Part shown: positions 56,584 through 64,000 of the stretch, piece by piece
Numbering within the stretch: the stretch's first letter is position 1
Layout of the letters: every line of letters begins with the position of its first letter
Virus record (IMG/VR): IMGVR_UViG_3300032050_000072
Coordinates: 1-64,000 of that record
Source of the DNA: a virus
Reading direction: 5' to 3' (one strand)
DNA length: 64,000 nt
Notes under the pieces: model-generated
The model's database searches: none
What the model was told of the DNA's origin: nothing
What the model saw: only the letters and a program-made list of their open reading frames with translations
Position numbers and translations under genes: made by a program

Positions 56584-57479
56584 GATTCGATCTCCTGTTG
56601 TTCGGTTGCTTCGCCGCTGTAGCCGAGAACCTCAATCTCGATCACTCCGCGATCGGTTTCGCTCGGCCACGGATATTTGTCGAAGTTCGGCTGGCCTTTG
56701 AGTTGTGCGATCTCGTCGACGATGGCCCGCATTTCGACTGACGCCTCAAGCATCGTCTTCGGACCCAGCCGATAGACCGCCGTATCGTGCGGCCATTGAT
56801 TGCCGACGACCAAAAAATAAAAGCCTTGCAGGTAATCCTCGGGCATCCCGAACGCGAGATTCCTGCCCTCGCAGTACAGTGCCGCCGACAGGTCGTAACG
56901 GAACTGCCGCACAGCCCGCCGAAAGCCAGCCGGACTTGGATCGGCAAGGCACTTGATATCGAGCACCGTGCCGATGATGCCGTCGTCGATCACGCGATCG
57001 AACCGGCACTTGAGCGGCAGGCCGCAGACCGGCTCGGTCCAGAACAGCGAAAGCTCATTGGCTCCCTGCTGTTGAAGTAGCCGCCCGGCCTCCTCGTGAT
57101 CCCACAGCGAGTTCGCCATGATCTCGATCCGCTCCAGGTCTTTCTCTTCGATCGCAACCTGATGCGGCTGGAGCTTGTCGGCAAACTCGCGGAACGCCTT
57201 GCTAGCCGATCCATGCGAACAGACCTGAACTATCGACCCGAACTCACTCGGCTCCAGCACCGCAGCGTGAACCGCCGTGCCGATATTCGCCGAGTAGCCG
57301 ATTTTCTTAGACTCGCGATCTTTCTTGATCCGGTAGTGCCAGTATTCTTTCGGGCTCTTGGCGAACAGCTTGAGCGTCGAACTGCTGTCGTGCTCCGTGC
57401 CGTGGTACTCGTGATTCGGCATCGCCTCAATCACTTCCAAGGCACCGACCGCTCGAATTGTGTCAGCTATGTTTTGCAT
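56580..57479 (-). CDS. RecE/exonuclease VIII-like PD-(D/E)XK nuclease
   Basis: YH, SSSTLK, GTAVH..VLEP, KCRFD, DIK and Y..SAALY motifs. Confidence 0.88.
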   Translation of the reverse strand: MQNIADTIRAVGALEVIEAMPNHEYHGTEHDSSSTLKLFAKSPKEYWHYRIKKDRESKKIGYSANIGTAVHAAVLEPSEFGSIVQVCSHGSASKAFREFADKLQPHQVAIEEKDLERIEIMANSLWDHEEAGRLLQQQGANELSLFWTEPVCGLPLKCRFDRVIDDGIIGTVLDIKCLADPSPAGFRRAVRQFRYDLSAALYCEGRNLAFGMPEDYLQGFYFLVVGNQWPHDTAVYRLGPKTMLEASVEMRAIVDEIAQLKGQPNFDKYPWPSETDRGVIEIEVLGYSGEATEQQEIES

Positions 57480-57485
57480 ATCGTC

Positions 57486-57514
57486 ACTATATCACAGAGA
57501 TAGACCATTGTCAA
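57486..57514 (-). promoter_or_regulatory. P10 sigma70-type promoter (probably gives a leaderless recE mRNA)
   Basis: TTGACA-17 bp-TATAGT; the ATG begins 7 nt after the -10 box. Confidence 0.8.
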
Positions 57515-57649
57515 CAGTTAAAAAATCGGTTTTGGTAAGGCAAATTATTTTGCGTCAGAATTATCGCCCGTTCTGGTGGTTTCCTGCTAGGTAGATTGCC
57601 TATAGAATGTCAGTAAATAGGGGCTTACTCCAGCCAGCAAAGGTGCCCT

Positions 57650-57997
57650 ATGGGTGAGTGGATGTCGTCGCGTGATATCGAATCGTCTTTTACGGAACCG
57701 CTGCTCAAGTTCGTCGGCTCAATCAATTCCATCTGCGATCGGATGCGTGACCGCCAAGCGCCTCCGATACTCCTAAATACCGCCCAGGCTCGCCGCTCAA
57801 TTCAGCACTTGTGCTTCGAGTTCTTGCACGAGCTTGAAGGCAAGAATCGGCAAGACGAACTCGGGATGCTTCGCCGCCGTGGTGCGTCCGACAAGCCCGA
57901 AGACGATGAGCCAAAGCCTTCGCGGCCCGGTCGCGGCAGCAAGAAACCGCAAGCCGCTCGCAAAGCCAAGCGACCACCGAAGCGAAAAGCGGCCTGA
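57650..57997 (+). CDS. Hypothetical protein with basic tail, divergent from P10
   Basis: AAGGT RBS and ATG; K/R/P-rich C-terminus. Confidence 0.6.
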   Translation: MGEWMSSRDIESSFTEPLLKFVGSINSICDRMRDRQAPPILLNTAQARRSIQHLCFEFLHELEGKNRQDELGMLRRRGASDKPEDDEPKPSRPGRGSKKPQAARKAKRPPKRKAA

Positions 57998-58083
57998 CCG
58001 CCCATCTGGGTGATTGGTTTTTTCTCTGGCAGATTGCATGATATTCGCCAGAGGATTCGCCAACCCTGAATGGAGTAAATCTC

Positions 58084-58368
58084 ATGGTTTCCGCCGCCCC
58101 GAAAGGTCGCCGCCTCGGCTCAAAGAACAAGCCCAAGGACGTTTCACTCACGCGCGTCATCGCCGAGAACCGGGCATACGAACGCGACACGCTGCTATCA
58201 ATCACCGGCATCAGCCGCCAGCTATTCGAGCAAATGAGGCGCGACGGATTGCCCGCCACGAAGCTCGGCAAGAAGACCTGGATTCTCGGCAAATACTTTC
58301 TCGCCTGGATCGACAGCCAATGCACGACCACCGCGTCTACGTCGTCGAGCCAGCCGGACGAAAACTGA
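58084..58368 (+). CDS. Excisionase / recombination directionality factor-like protein
   Basis: AT-hook-like KGRRLGSKNK followed by a MerR-type wHTH pattern (ITGISR..RDGLPATKLGKKTWI); overlaps the integrase start. Confidence 0.65.
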   Translation: MVSAAPKGRRLGSKNKPKDVSLTRVIAENRAYERDTLLSITGISRQLFEQMRRDGLPATKLGKKTWILGKYFLAWIDSQCTTTASTSSSQPDEN

Positions 58369-59516
58369 TCCTCAAGTGGTTTTGCCCGCACAAGCGTCGT
58401 TGGGTGACTCGCTCGACTCGCACGAATGATCGCAAAGAGGCGAACCGGCAGGCCCGCCAATTGCAGGCCGAGTTGATCGCCGGAACTTACACGACCGCAG
58501 GCGAAACGCCTTGGCCCGAGTTTCGTGCCGCCTATACCGAGTTCACCGTCAGCAGCGGCATGTCGCGCAATGGCAAGATCAAGGCCGAGTCGGTGCTCAA
58601 TGCGGTCGAGAACATCCTTAGACCGACCACGATCGGCGACGTAGCCAGCAAACCAGCCTTGCGAAAGTTCCGCAGCGACTTTGGCGCGACGATCTCGCCT
58701 AAGACCGGCAGCACACGCTCGCCGAACACGGTTCGCTCGGCCATGCGAACCCTGATGGCAGCCTTGCGATGGGCAGCCAATGAAGCTGACATGATCGACG
58801 AGGCTCCCAAGATCGGCAAGGTCGCGGTCGATTCGGTCGACCCGATGCGTGGCAGGCCATTGAGCGAAGCCGAACTGAAAATGATGCTGGATATCATCCC
58901 GTCCGTCGTCGGCCCATTGCGGGCAACTGAGTGGGCCAGAATCGTGAATGGGCTGGTTGCCAGTGGGCTCCGGCTCGGCGAAGCTCTCGACGCCCATTGG
59001 ACCGACGACGACCGCATCCGGCCCATTAAGACCGGCTCGTCCTGGCGACTGGTGATCCCGGCGTCGCAGCAGAAAAGCCGCCGCGATAACTCGATCCCGG
59101 TCACGCCACAGATGGCCGCGATCCTCGACGCCGAGACTGACCGCACCGGCTTCGTCTTCCGCGTGCTGAACGCCAAGCAGCAGCGACCGACACCCGACAC
59201 GGCCTGCCGCACCATTAGCGAGTTCGGCAGGCGCGCATCGGTCATCGTTAAAGCCAGCGCCTCGTCGCCGCAGTATGCCACGGCCCACGACCTGAGACGG
59301 ACCTGTGCCCAGCGGTTGCTGTCGGCGGGAGTTTCGCCCTTGACGGTCCAGCGGATCATGCGTCACAGTAGCCTCGCCGTCACGCTCGCCCACTACTCGC
59401 AGGCGGTCATCGAAGACGACGCCCGTGAGTTGGAGTCGAAACTTGGTCGCACTTTTGGTCGCACTCATACCACACCACCCGATAGCGAGTCAGATAAAAA
59501 TGCAGCAAGTGACTGA
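58320..59516 (+). CDS. int: Tyrosine integrase
   Basis: SGLRLGEA (R), QKS (K), HDLRRT, MRHS and HY (Tyr); probable ATG at 58320. Confidence 0.95.
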   Translation: MHDHRVYVVEPAGRKLILKWFCPHKRRWVTRSTRTNDRKEANRQARQLQAELIAGTYTTAGETPWPEFRAAYTEFTVSSGMSRNGKIKAESVLNAVENILRPTTIGDVASKPALRKFRSDFGATISPKTGSTRSPNTVRSAMRTLMAALRWAANEADMIDEAPKIGKVAVDSVDPMRGRPLSEAELKMMLDIIPSVVGPLRATEWARIVNGLVASGLRLGEALDAHWTDDDRIRPIKTGSSWRLVIPASQQKSRRDNSIPVTPQMAAILDAETDRTGFVFRVLNAKQQRPTPDTACRTISEFGRRASVIVKASASSPQYATAHDLRRTCAQRLLSAGVSPLTVQRIMRHSSLAVTLAHYSQAVIEDDARELESKLGRTFGRTHTTPPDSESDKNAASD

Positions 59517-59715
59517 AAAATAACGACTTACGACAACTTGGCCCAGTGGCGGAATAGGCAGACGCAAAGGACTTAAAATCCAACGGCCTATCTTGATGCT
59601 ATACTGATCTTCGGCAGATCGCTAGAACGCCTTGGTTTTAACTGGCAGAATCATCGGCAGATTCCAATGCTTTTGCCAGTTGATTGCAGTTCTTGGTCGC
59701 ACTTCTTGTCGCACT
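59443..59715 (+). other. attP: 5' half of tRNA-Leu(UAA) (59540-59581) flanked by arm-type direct repeats
   Basis: GGCCCAGTGGCGGAATAGGCAGACGCAAAGGACTTAAAATCC stops within the anticodon stem; TTGGTCGCACT at 59443, 59455 and 59693, TTGTCGCACT at 59706. Confidence 0.85.
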
Positions 59716-59718
59716 CAA

Positions 59719-59928
59719 TCAGTCACCGCACCTGCACGCCGCAGGCATCTTGCCGCACTCTTCGCACGGCTTAACATCGTCTTCGACGCACTCGCAAACG
59801 CCAGCCCGCTTGTCGCAGAGCCAGCAGATCAAGCCGGAGCCAAGACAGTCGATACATCGACCACCGGACTCGTAGCGGCCCTTGCCGTTGCACCAGATGC
59901 AAGGTCGGCGGATCATGATTGTGGTCAT
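59719..59928 (-). CDS. Small Cys-rich zinc-finger protein
   Basis: CIWCNGKG..CIDCLGSG (DnaJ-type CxxCxGxG) plus further CxxC pairs. Confidence 0.55.
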   Translation of the reverse strand: MTTIMIRRPCIWCNGKGRYESGGRCIDCLGSGLICWLCDKRAGVCECVEDDVKPCEECGKMPAACRCGD

Positions 59929-60638
59929 TTGCGAACCTCGTGCCAGTGATCCCTGTGCGTAGCCGGGTCCAAAATGCCGTCCAGCGGATCGCCGACCCAC
60001 AGGCGGCAATGCTGATGCTCGGCGTGCCACTCCGGCCCAGGGCAGTACGTGCCGCCATCGGCTCCGATATTCTGGGCGCGGCTCAAGACCGGATAGACCT
60101 GATAGCGGTCGCCACGAATGTGCTTGTTGACTCCGATATCCCACGGGTGATAGCCCCAGTTCTTCTTCATTTCGACGAAGCGATCCTCCCAGGTGCCCCA
60201 GCCCCAGGGCGAGAACCATTGGTCGCGGCCCAATTCCTTGAACATGCCGCGATGGTGTCGATCGGTGCGGTTGTTCCAGGCCGTCACCGTGAAGACTTCG
60301 CGGTCGTCGCGGTAGGCGTTGTTCATCCAGGTGAACATTTCCAGGGCGTCTTCGCCGAGCAGCACATCGTCCTCGACATGTACGACGAACGAGCCGTGAT
60401 CGAACCCGAGCGACAAGGCTTGCAGCGTGTTCTCGCCGCAGCCGAGCTTCTGGCGATTCTCGACCAGTACCACATCGCAGGGAATCGTCTCGATCGCCGC
60501 GATGATCTCGCCCTTGAACTCACTCGGCTCGATGCAGGCGATCAGTGTGGAATTGCCGATGCCACGAACCTTCGCCAGTGCGGCAGCCCATTTTCGCGTG
60601 TAGACCGGACGGTTGAATTGGCAGGTTGTCAGTATCAT
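59925..60638 (-). CDS. GT-A fold glycosyltransferase
   Basis: FNRP.Y, VHVEDD, FSPWGWGTW..R and SRAQNIG motifs. Confidence 0.8.
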   Translation of the reverse strand: MILTTCQFNRPVYTRKWAAALAKVRGIGNSTLIACIEPSEFKGEIIAAIETIPCDVVLVENRQKLGCGENTLQALSLGFDHGSFVVHVEDDVLLGEDALEMFTWMNNAYRDDREVFTVTAWNNRTDRHHRGMFKELGRDQWFSPWGWGTWEDRFVEMKKNWGYHPWDIGVNKHIRGDRYQVYPVLSRAQNIGADGGTYCPGPEWHAEHQHCRLWVGDPLDGILDPATHRDHWHEVRK

Positions 60639-60654
60639 TTCTCGCGCCTATACT
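60626..60654 (+). promoter_or_regulatory. Plus-strand sigma70-type promoter
   Basis: TTGTCA-17 bp-TATACT upstream of 60711. Confidence 0.6.
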
Positions 60655-60710
60655 TTGGTGAATGTCAATCTATTCGCCACCTGGAGTCAATCAGCGTGCA
60701 ACCAGCACAA

Positions 60711-60905
60711 ATGTCTCGCTTCTGCAAAGTCTGCGACCGAAAGACGCTGCACACTGAGGAACAACGCGGCTGCGGACACCTGATCTTTGCTCTCGTGCTC
60801 GCGATCCCGACCGCAGGCTTGTCGCTGCTCTGGCTGGCGGTGATCGGCTTTGTGCCGACCGTCAAGCGATGCCAAACCTGCGGAACCGGACGAATCCGAA
60901 TCTGA
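60711..60905 (+). CDS. Small CxxC-TM-CxxC (LITAF-like) membrane protein
   Basis: CKVC..HLIFALVLAIPTAGLSLLWLAVIG..RCQTCG; has its own promoter. Confidence 0.7.
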   Translation: MSRFCKVCDRKTLHTEEQRGCGHLIFALVLAIPTAGLSLLWLAVIGFVPTVKRCQTCGTGRIRI

Positions 60906-61005
60906 AAATATGACCAGTGCCGCTCTCGCGGAAACGGCACCGGCCCCTGCGGTAGATGGTAGTTGCAATGCCGCAGGCCAATTGCAAGCTCCGCAACTTG
61001 TTGCG

Positions 61006-61425
61006 TTAAAACGGAATGTCTTCGCCGCCGCCGTGATCTTCACCGGCACCGGCTGGTGCTGGCTCACGCTGCGGAGCGCCGCCGCCTTCACGCTTCGACC
61101 CGACCATCTGCATCCGGTCGCCGATCACCTTGAGCTTCTGCCGACGCTGACCGCTTTCGCGGTCGGTCCATTGCTCCAGCTTGAGCTTGCCCTCGATCAA
61201 AACCGACGAACCTTTCTTGAGGTACTCGGCAGCGACCTCGGCTTGACGCTCGAACAACGTGACATCGACGAACGTCGTCTCGTCGACCCATTGACCGCTC
61301 GCGTCTTTGCGGCGATCGTTTACCGCGATCCCAAGATCGCAGACGGCCTTGCCTCCCGGCGTGTAGCGGAGTTCAATGTCCCGCGTCACGTTGCCCATCA
61401 GAATCACTCGATTGAAACTACTCAC
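61006..61425 (-). CDS. ssb: Single-stranded DNA-binding protein
   Basis: SFNRVILMGNVTRD.ELRYTP.G..V OB-fold and DIPF C-terminus; GTG start. Confidence 0.97.
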   Translation of the reverse strand: MSSFNRVILMGNVTRDIELRYTPGGKAVCDLGIAVNDRRKDASGQWVDETTFVDVTLFERQAEVAAEYLKKGSSVLIEGKLKLEQWTDRESGQRRQKLKVIGDRMQMVGSKREGGGAPQREPAPAGAGEDHGGGEDIPF

Positions 61426-61435
61426 GTTCGATCTC

Positions 61436-62242
61436 CTACCTGTAGAACTTGCTTCGTAACGAACGCGGCACACTTGGCAAAGAGGCCACCAGAATGGCTC
61501 TGATGCCTTCCGCCATTGCAGCCGCACACTTGGAACCCCTGCCGTAAATTTCGATCGACTTGCGAATCCCCTTGGCCTGTGCCGTCTTGAGAATCCCGAC
61601 CACCCTCCTGTCGTCAACTCCTATGTCGATCGAACGAACCGAGAACTCAAAGATGGCCCTCAAAACCTCGCCAGAAATAAGCTCGCCTGGGCGAGTAATT
61701 TCAAGCATTGTGTCGACGGACTTCTTGGCATTTTCGATCCTGTCTTCGCGCTCAATCATCTTCTCGATCACTCTCCAGCAGCGAACGGTCTTGTACTGGC
61801 CGATCACGTTCCTGCCGTCACTAAAACGATACCCATGCGACAGAAACTTTTCTCGGATGTCGATCAAGGCTTGATTTCCAGCCGTGACCAAGTTTGTCGC
61901 CAATGAATTTGGCGTCCACGGGCTTCGCGTCGTTTCTATGCGGTACGCTTCGGCTGCACGGTCTGCTCTTGTTTCAATGTCAACCACATTGCAAGTCAGC
62001 GACTTGATGCACATCATTTCTGCGGCCATTCTCCTGGCCTTGCCATCAAGAACGACGTACATGCCATCTGGCCTTTTGGCAGCACTGATCGCGGTGTACT
62101 TTGCGTCGCACCACGAGAACGCAAGTGCCTCCGCACGCCATCCGTACTCGGCCTGTCTTCCAACTCCGTCTTCGACGATCAGCCGATCGAGAGGAACGCT
62201 CTCGATTCGAGGCATTGGGATTGCATCCACGCTAGGCTCCAT
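61436..62242 (-). CDS. ParB/Srx-superfamily protein (DUF6551-like)
   Basis: RPDG.YVVLDGKAR..AA pattern. Confidence 0.6.
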   Translation of the reverse strand: MEPSVDAIPMPRIESVPLDRLIVEDGVGRQAEYGWRAEALAFSWCDAKYTAISAAKRPDGMYVVLDGKARRMAAEMMCIKSLTCNVVDIETRADRAAEAYRIETTRSPWTPNSLATNLVTAGNQALIDIREKFLSHGYRFSDGRNVIGQYKTVRCWRVIEKMIEREDRIENAKKSVDTMLEITRPGELISGEVLRAIFEFSVRSIDIGVDDRRVVGILKTAQAKGIRKSIEIYGRGSKCAAAMAEGIRAILVASLPSVPRSLRSKFYR

Positions 62243-62450
62243 TCAAAAACGACTTCAACTCGATCCCCAAAAACTCGCACAGCCGCATGATCCGCTGGAC
62301 CTGCACCAGCGACTTGGTGTTGTTCTCGAACTCGTAGATCACGCTCGCTGGCACGCCGGTCTGCGAGCAAAGCTCGACTGCCGACAGGCCAGCCGCCTTG
62401 CGTCGCTTGCGGAGTTCGCTGCCGAGCGTGCTTTCTTCGATCTTGTTCAT
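62232..62450 (-). CDS. XRE-family HTH regulator
   Basis: LG.ELRKRRKAAGLS..EL...TGV..S.IYEFE pattern. Confidence 0.85.
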   Translation of the reverse strand: MNKIEESTLGSELRKRRKAAGLSAVELCSQTGVPASVIYEFENNTKSLVQVQRIMRLCEFLGIELKSFLNGA

Positions 62451-62698
62451 GGCTGAACCTCCTCGGCGAAGATATGCCAGATCAGGCCATCGTTCGTGAC
62501 GGTCCCGATGTAATCGCCGCCTCTAAGCGGTCTTCCAGTCCAGATGCAATGAAACTTGTACCGCACCAGATTGTTGGTGGTGTCGACGATCGCCCAGACA
62601 CACGGAACGCCCTCAAGGTCTTTGCCGACGTTGACGAACTTCGCTCCGGCGTGAATATCGCAGTCGCGGTCGAGTCGATACTTGTAAACGGTTTGCAT
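62447..62698 (-). CDS. Conserved small phage protein
   Basis: VYKY..CVWAIVD..TG..YIGTV..G.IWHIF pattern. Confidence 0.7.
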   Translation of the reverse strand: MQTVYKYRLDRDCDIHAGAKFVNVGKDLEGVPCVWAIVDTTNNLVRYKFHCIWTGRPLRGGDYIGTVTNDGLIWHIFAEEVQP

Positions 62699-62701
62699 GG
62701 C

Positions 62702-62884
62702 TTACTCCGCTGCGATTGCCAAGCGACGATCGGCGACTTCGGCGCTGATCGCGTGACGGGTGAGGGTATTGAGCAGCACGGTCGTGTTGACGTAGAACGC
62801 ACCGCGAAAGCCAGTCTCGGCCAACTCGATGAGTTGCTCGGTGGTCATGTCGGCGAACGCGGCGATTTGTTGGGCTTGGGTCAT
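62702..62884 (-). CDS. Small hypothetical protein (cassette gene of P11)
   Basis: ATG within GAGATCAAGATCATG. Confidence 0.55.
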   Translation of the reverse strand: MTQAQQIAAFADMTTEQLIELAETGFRGAFYVNTTVLLNTLTRHAISAEVADRRLAIAAE

Positions 62885-62932
62885 GATCTTGATCTCACTG
62901 TGTTTGGTGGTGGTTGTCGTGTTGACTCTTAA

Positions 62933-62961
62933 AGTATATCGTCCCGATAGACAGTTGTCAA
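62933..62961 (-). promoter_or_regulatory. P11 sigma70-type promoter
   Basis: TTGACA-17 bp-TATACT with an A/T-rich upstream element. Confidence 0.85.
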
Positions 62962-63476
62962 CAAGTAAAACGGAAAAAATCGAAAAGATTTTACGCTCGA
63001 TGAACTGCCAGAATCTCGTCCAGGTCGTGCTCGACCGTCTCGCCATTTGCCAACCTGACGTAGACCGTATCGTCGCGACGACCCGCGAACATCCCGGTGA
63101 CACCGTGCTCGGCCAAGTGCGATCGAAAGCTATCCTCGGTCGGCTCGACGCCGCCCTGAAATTCAAACGGCAGGATCAGCAGCCGATCGCCGCGCTTGAG
63201 TTGGTCGATCTGCTGCATCAGTTGAACGGTCTTCATTCTGGCGACCCCCAGATCAGTTCGTGGATTCGGTCGAGCAGCCGCCGAGCGATCCCACGGTATC
63301 GGCACATGAATTGAGATCGCTGCATTTCATAGACGATGTAGCCGTCAAAGAACGGCCTGTTGCTGCTGATATACTCGCCGGAATCGGTGATCGCCAAGAC
63401 CTTTACAACCGCTGGCATCCCGTCAATTCGAGCCCACCAGCGTTCGCCGACTTTTGGATCAAGCATCGCCAACCTC

Positions 63477-64000
63477 CTAGTTGAGACTCGGCTTCGACTT
63501 GGCCGAACGATCGACCGCATCGAGGCGAACCTGTTGCAACAGCTTCTCGATATCAGGCGACCTGCCGTGGAACGCCCAGGCACCATTGATCGCTAGCCAG
63601 TCACGATCGCCGTCCTTCTTTTCGTGCCGCATGGAAGCCGACCACATCGCGTGATCGTAGGCACTCAGCACGCTCACGGTCAGCAGTATGTCGTGGCCGA
63701 CTCGGACTACTTCGTCGATCTGGCCGTGGCCGATCTCGTCAGCGACTTCGTTGGCCTTTTGGCGAAGCTCGACTTCAAGCTCCTCCCGAGTCTCGGCGTC
63801 GGTCTTCAACTTCACGCCTACGGCCAGCGCCACGATGCCGACGTAATCGCAGCCGCCGAGAAGCATGGCCCGCACGCCTTGAATCAGGTACTTCTGATGC
63901 TCGTGAATCGACTCGCCTTTCGGAATCACCGCGACCTGAAAGCCGCAGTTGCCTTGCGGGTCGAACTTCGCGCCGATCAAGTGGCCGAATAGCTGTCCGT
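63477..64000 (-). CDS. Hypothetical protein (5' end probably outside the window)
   Basis: Open frame reaching the window edge. Confidence 0.5.
   Translation of the reverse strand, partial: GQLFGHLIGAKFDPQGNCGFQVAVIPKGESIHEHQKYLIQGVRAMLLGGCDYVGIVALAVGVKLKTDAETREELEVELRQKANEVADEIGHGQIDEVVRVGHDILLTVSVLSAYDHAMWSASMRHEKKDGDRDWLAINGAWAFHGRSPDIEKLLQQVRLDAVDRSAKSKPSLN

Larger units (their letters stand above)
1211..61005. repeat. Dispersed 14-bp palindrome CGCAAC(AA/TT)GTTGCG, 22 copies
   Basis: Starts at 1211, 4885, 9324, 12472, 13925, 15546, 20132, 22593, 24967, 27942, 28648, 35591, 36199, 37684, 42164, 46256, 48934, 51245, 52312, 54775, 56532 (1 mismatch) and 60992. Confidence 0.95.

Noticed and set aside
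59540-59581. Complete tRNA-Leu gene
   Set aside because: No variable arm, T-arm or 3' acceptor strand follows; treated as the att core.
1211-61005. Palindrome and promoter repeats as a CRISPR array or integron attC sites
   Set aside because: Copies are hundreds of bp to kilobases apart with no regular spacers, no cas genes are present, and no attC R/L box structure is visible.
1-64000. Apparent abundance of TCGA/CGATCG words as a special signal
   Set aside because: Not counted, and plausibly explained by codon usage; it needs a Markov-model test.

Overview
This 64 kb window is most of the genome of a temperate, long-tailed (HK97-fold, siphovirus-type) phage. It appears to be in its excised or free form, because an intact attP-like site follows the integrase. 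The host is probably a Planctomycete; this is inferred from the SSB, RimI-like GNAT, Calx-beta and secreted thioredoxin sequence styles. Almost all genes are on the minus strand: tail and head genes (1-21.6 kb), a tRNA array, terminase (28.7-30.6 kb), a DNA-modification operon (30.7-34.6 kb), accessory genes, a membrane/protease cluster (42.5-46.9 kb) and replication/recombination genes (47-57.5 kb). A plus-strand xis/int/attP module follows (58-59.7 kb). Main observations: (1) a terminase-linked operon predicted to carboxymethylate and then amidate cytosine, made of a CmoA-like carboxy-SAM synthase, a C5-methyltransferase with Arg in place of the motif X Asn, and an Asn-synthetase-like amidotransferase; (2) 22 copies of a 14-bp palindrome CGCAAC(AA/TT)GTTGCG spread over the window, some inside genes; (3) 11 near-identical sigma70 promoter/leader cassettes, several of which split the morphogenesis module; (4) four long-stem structured RNAs abutting tRNAs; (5) a candidate non-canonical lysis cassette with a papain-like protease, a thioredoxin, a lipoprotein and membrane proteins; (6) four proteins sharing a C-terminal TLR[DE] helix tag. 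All calls come from reading the sequence by eye; no database searches were run.
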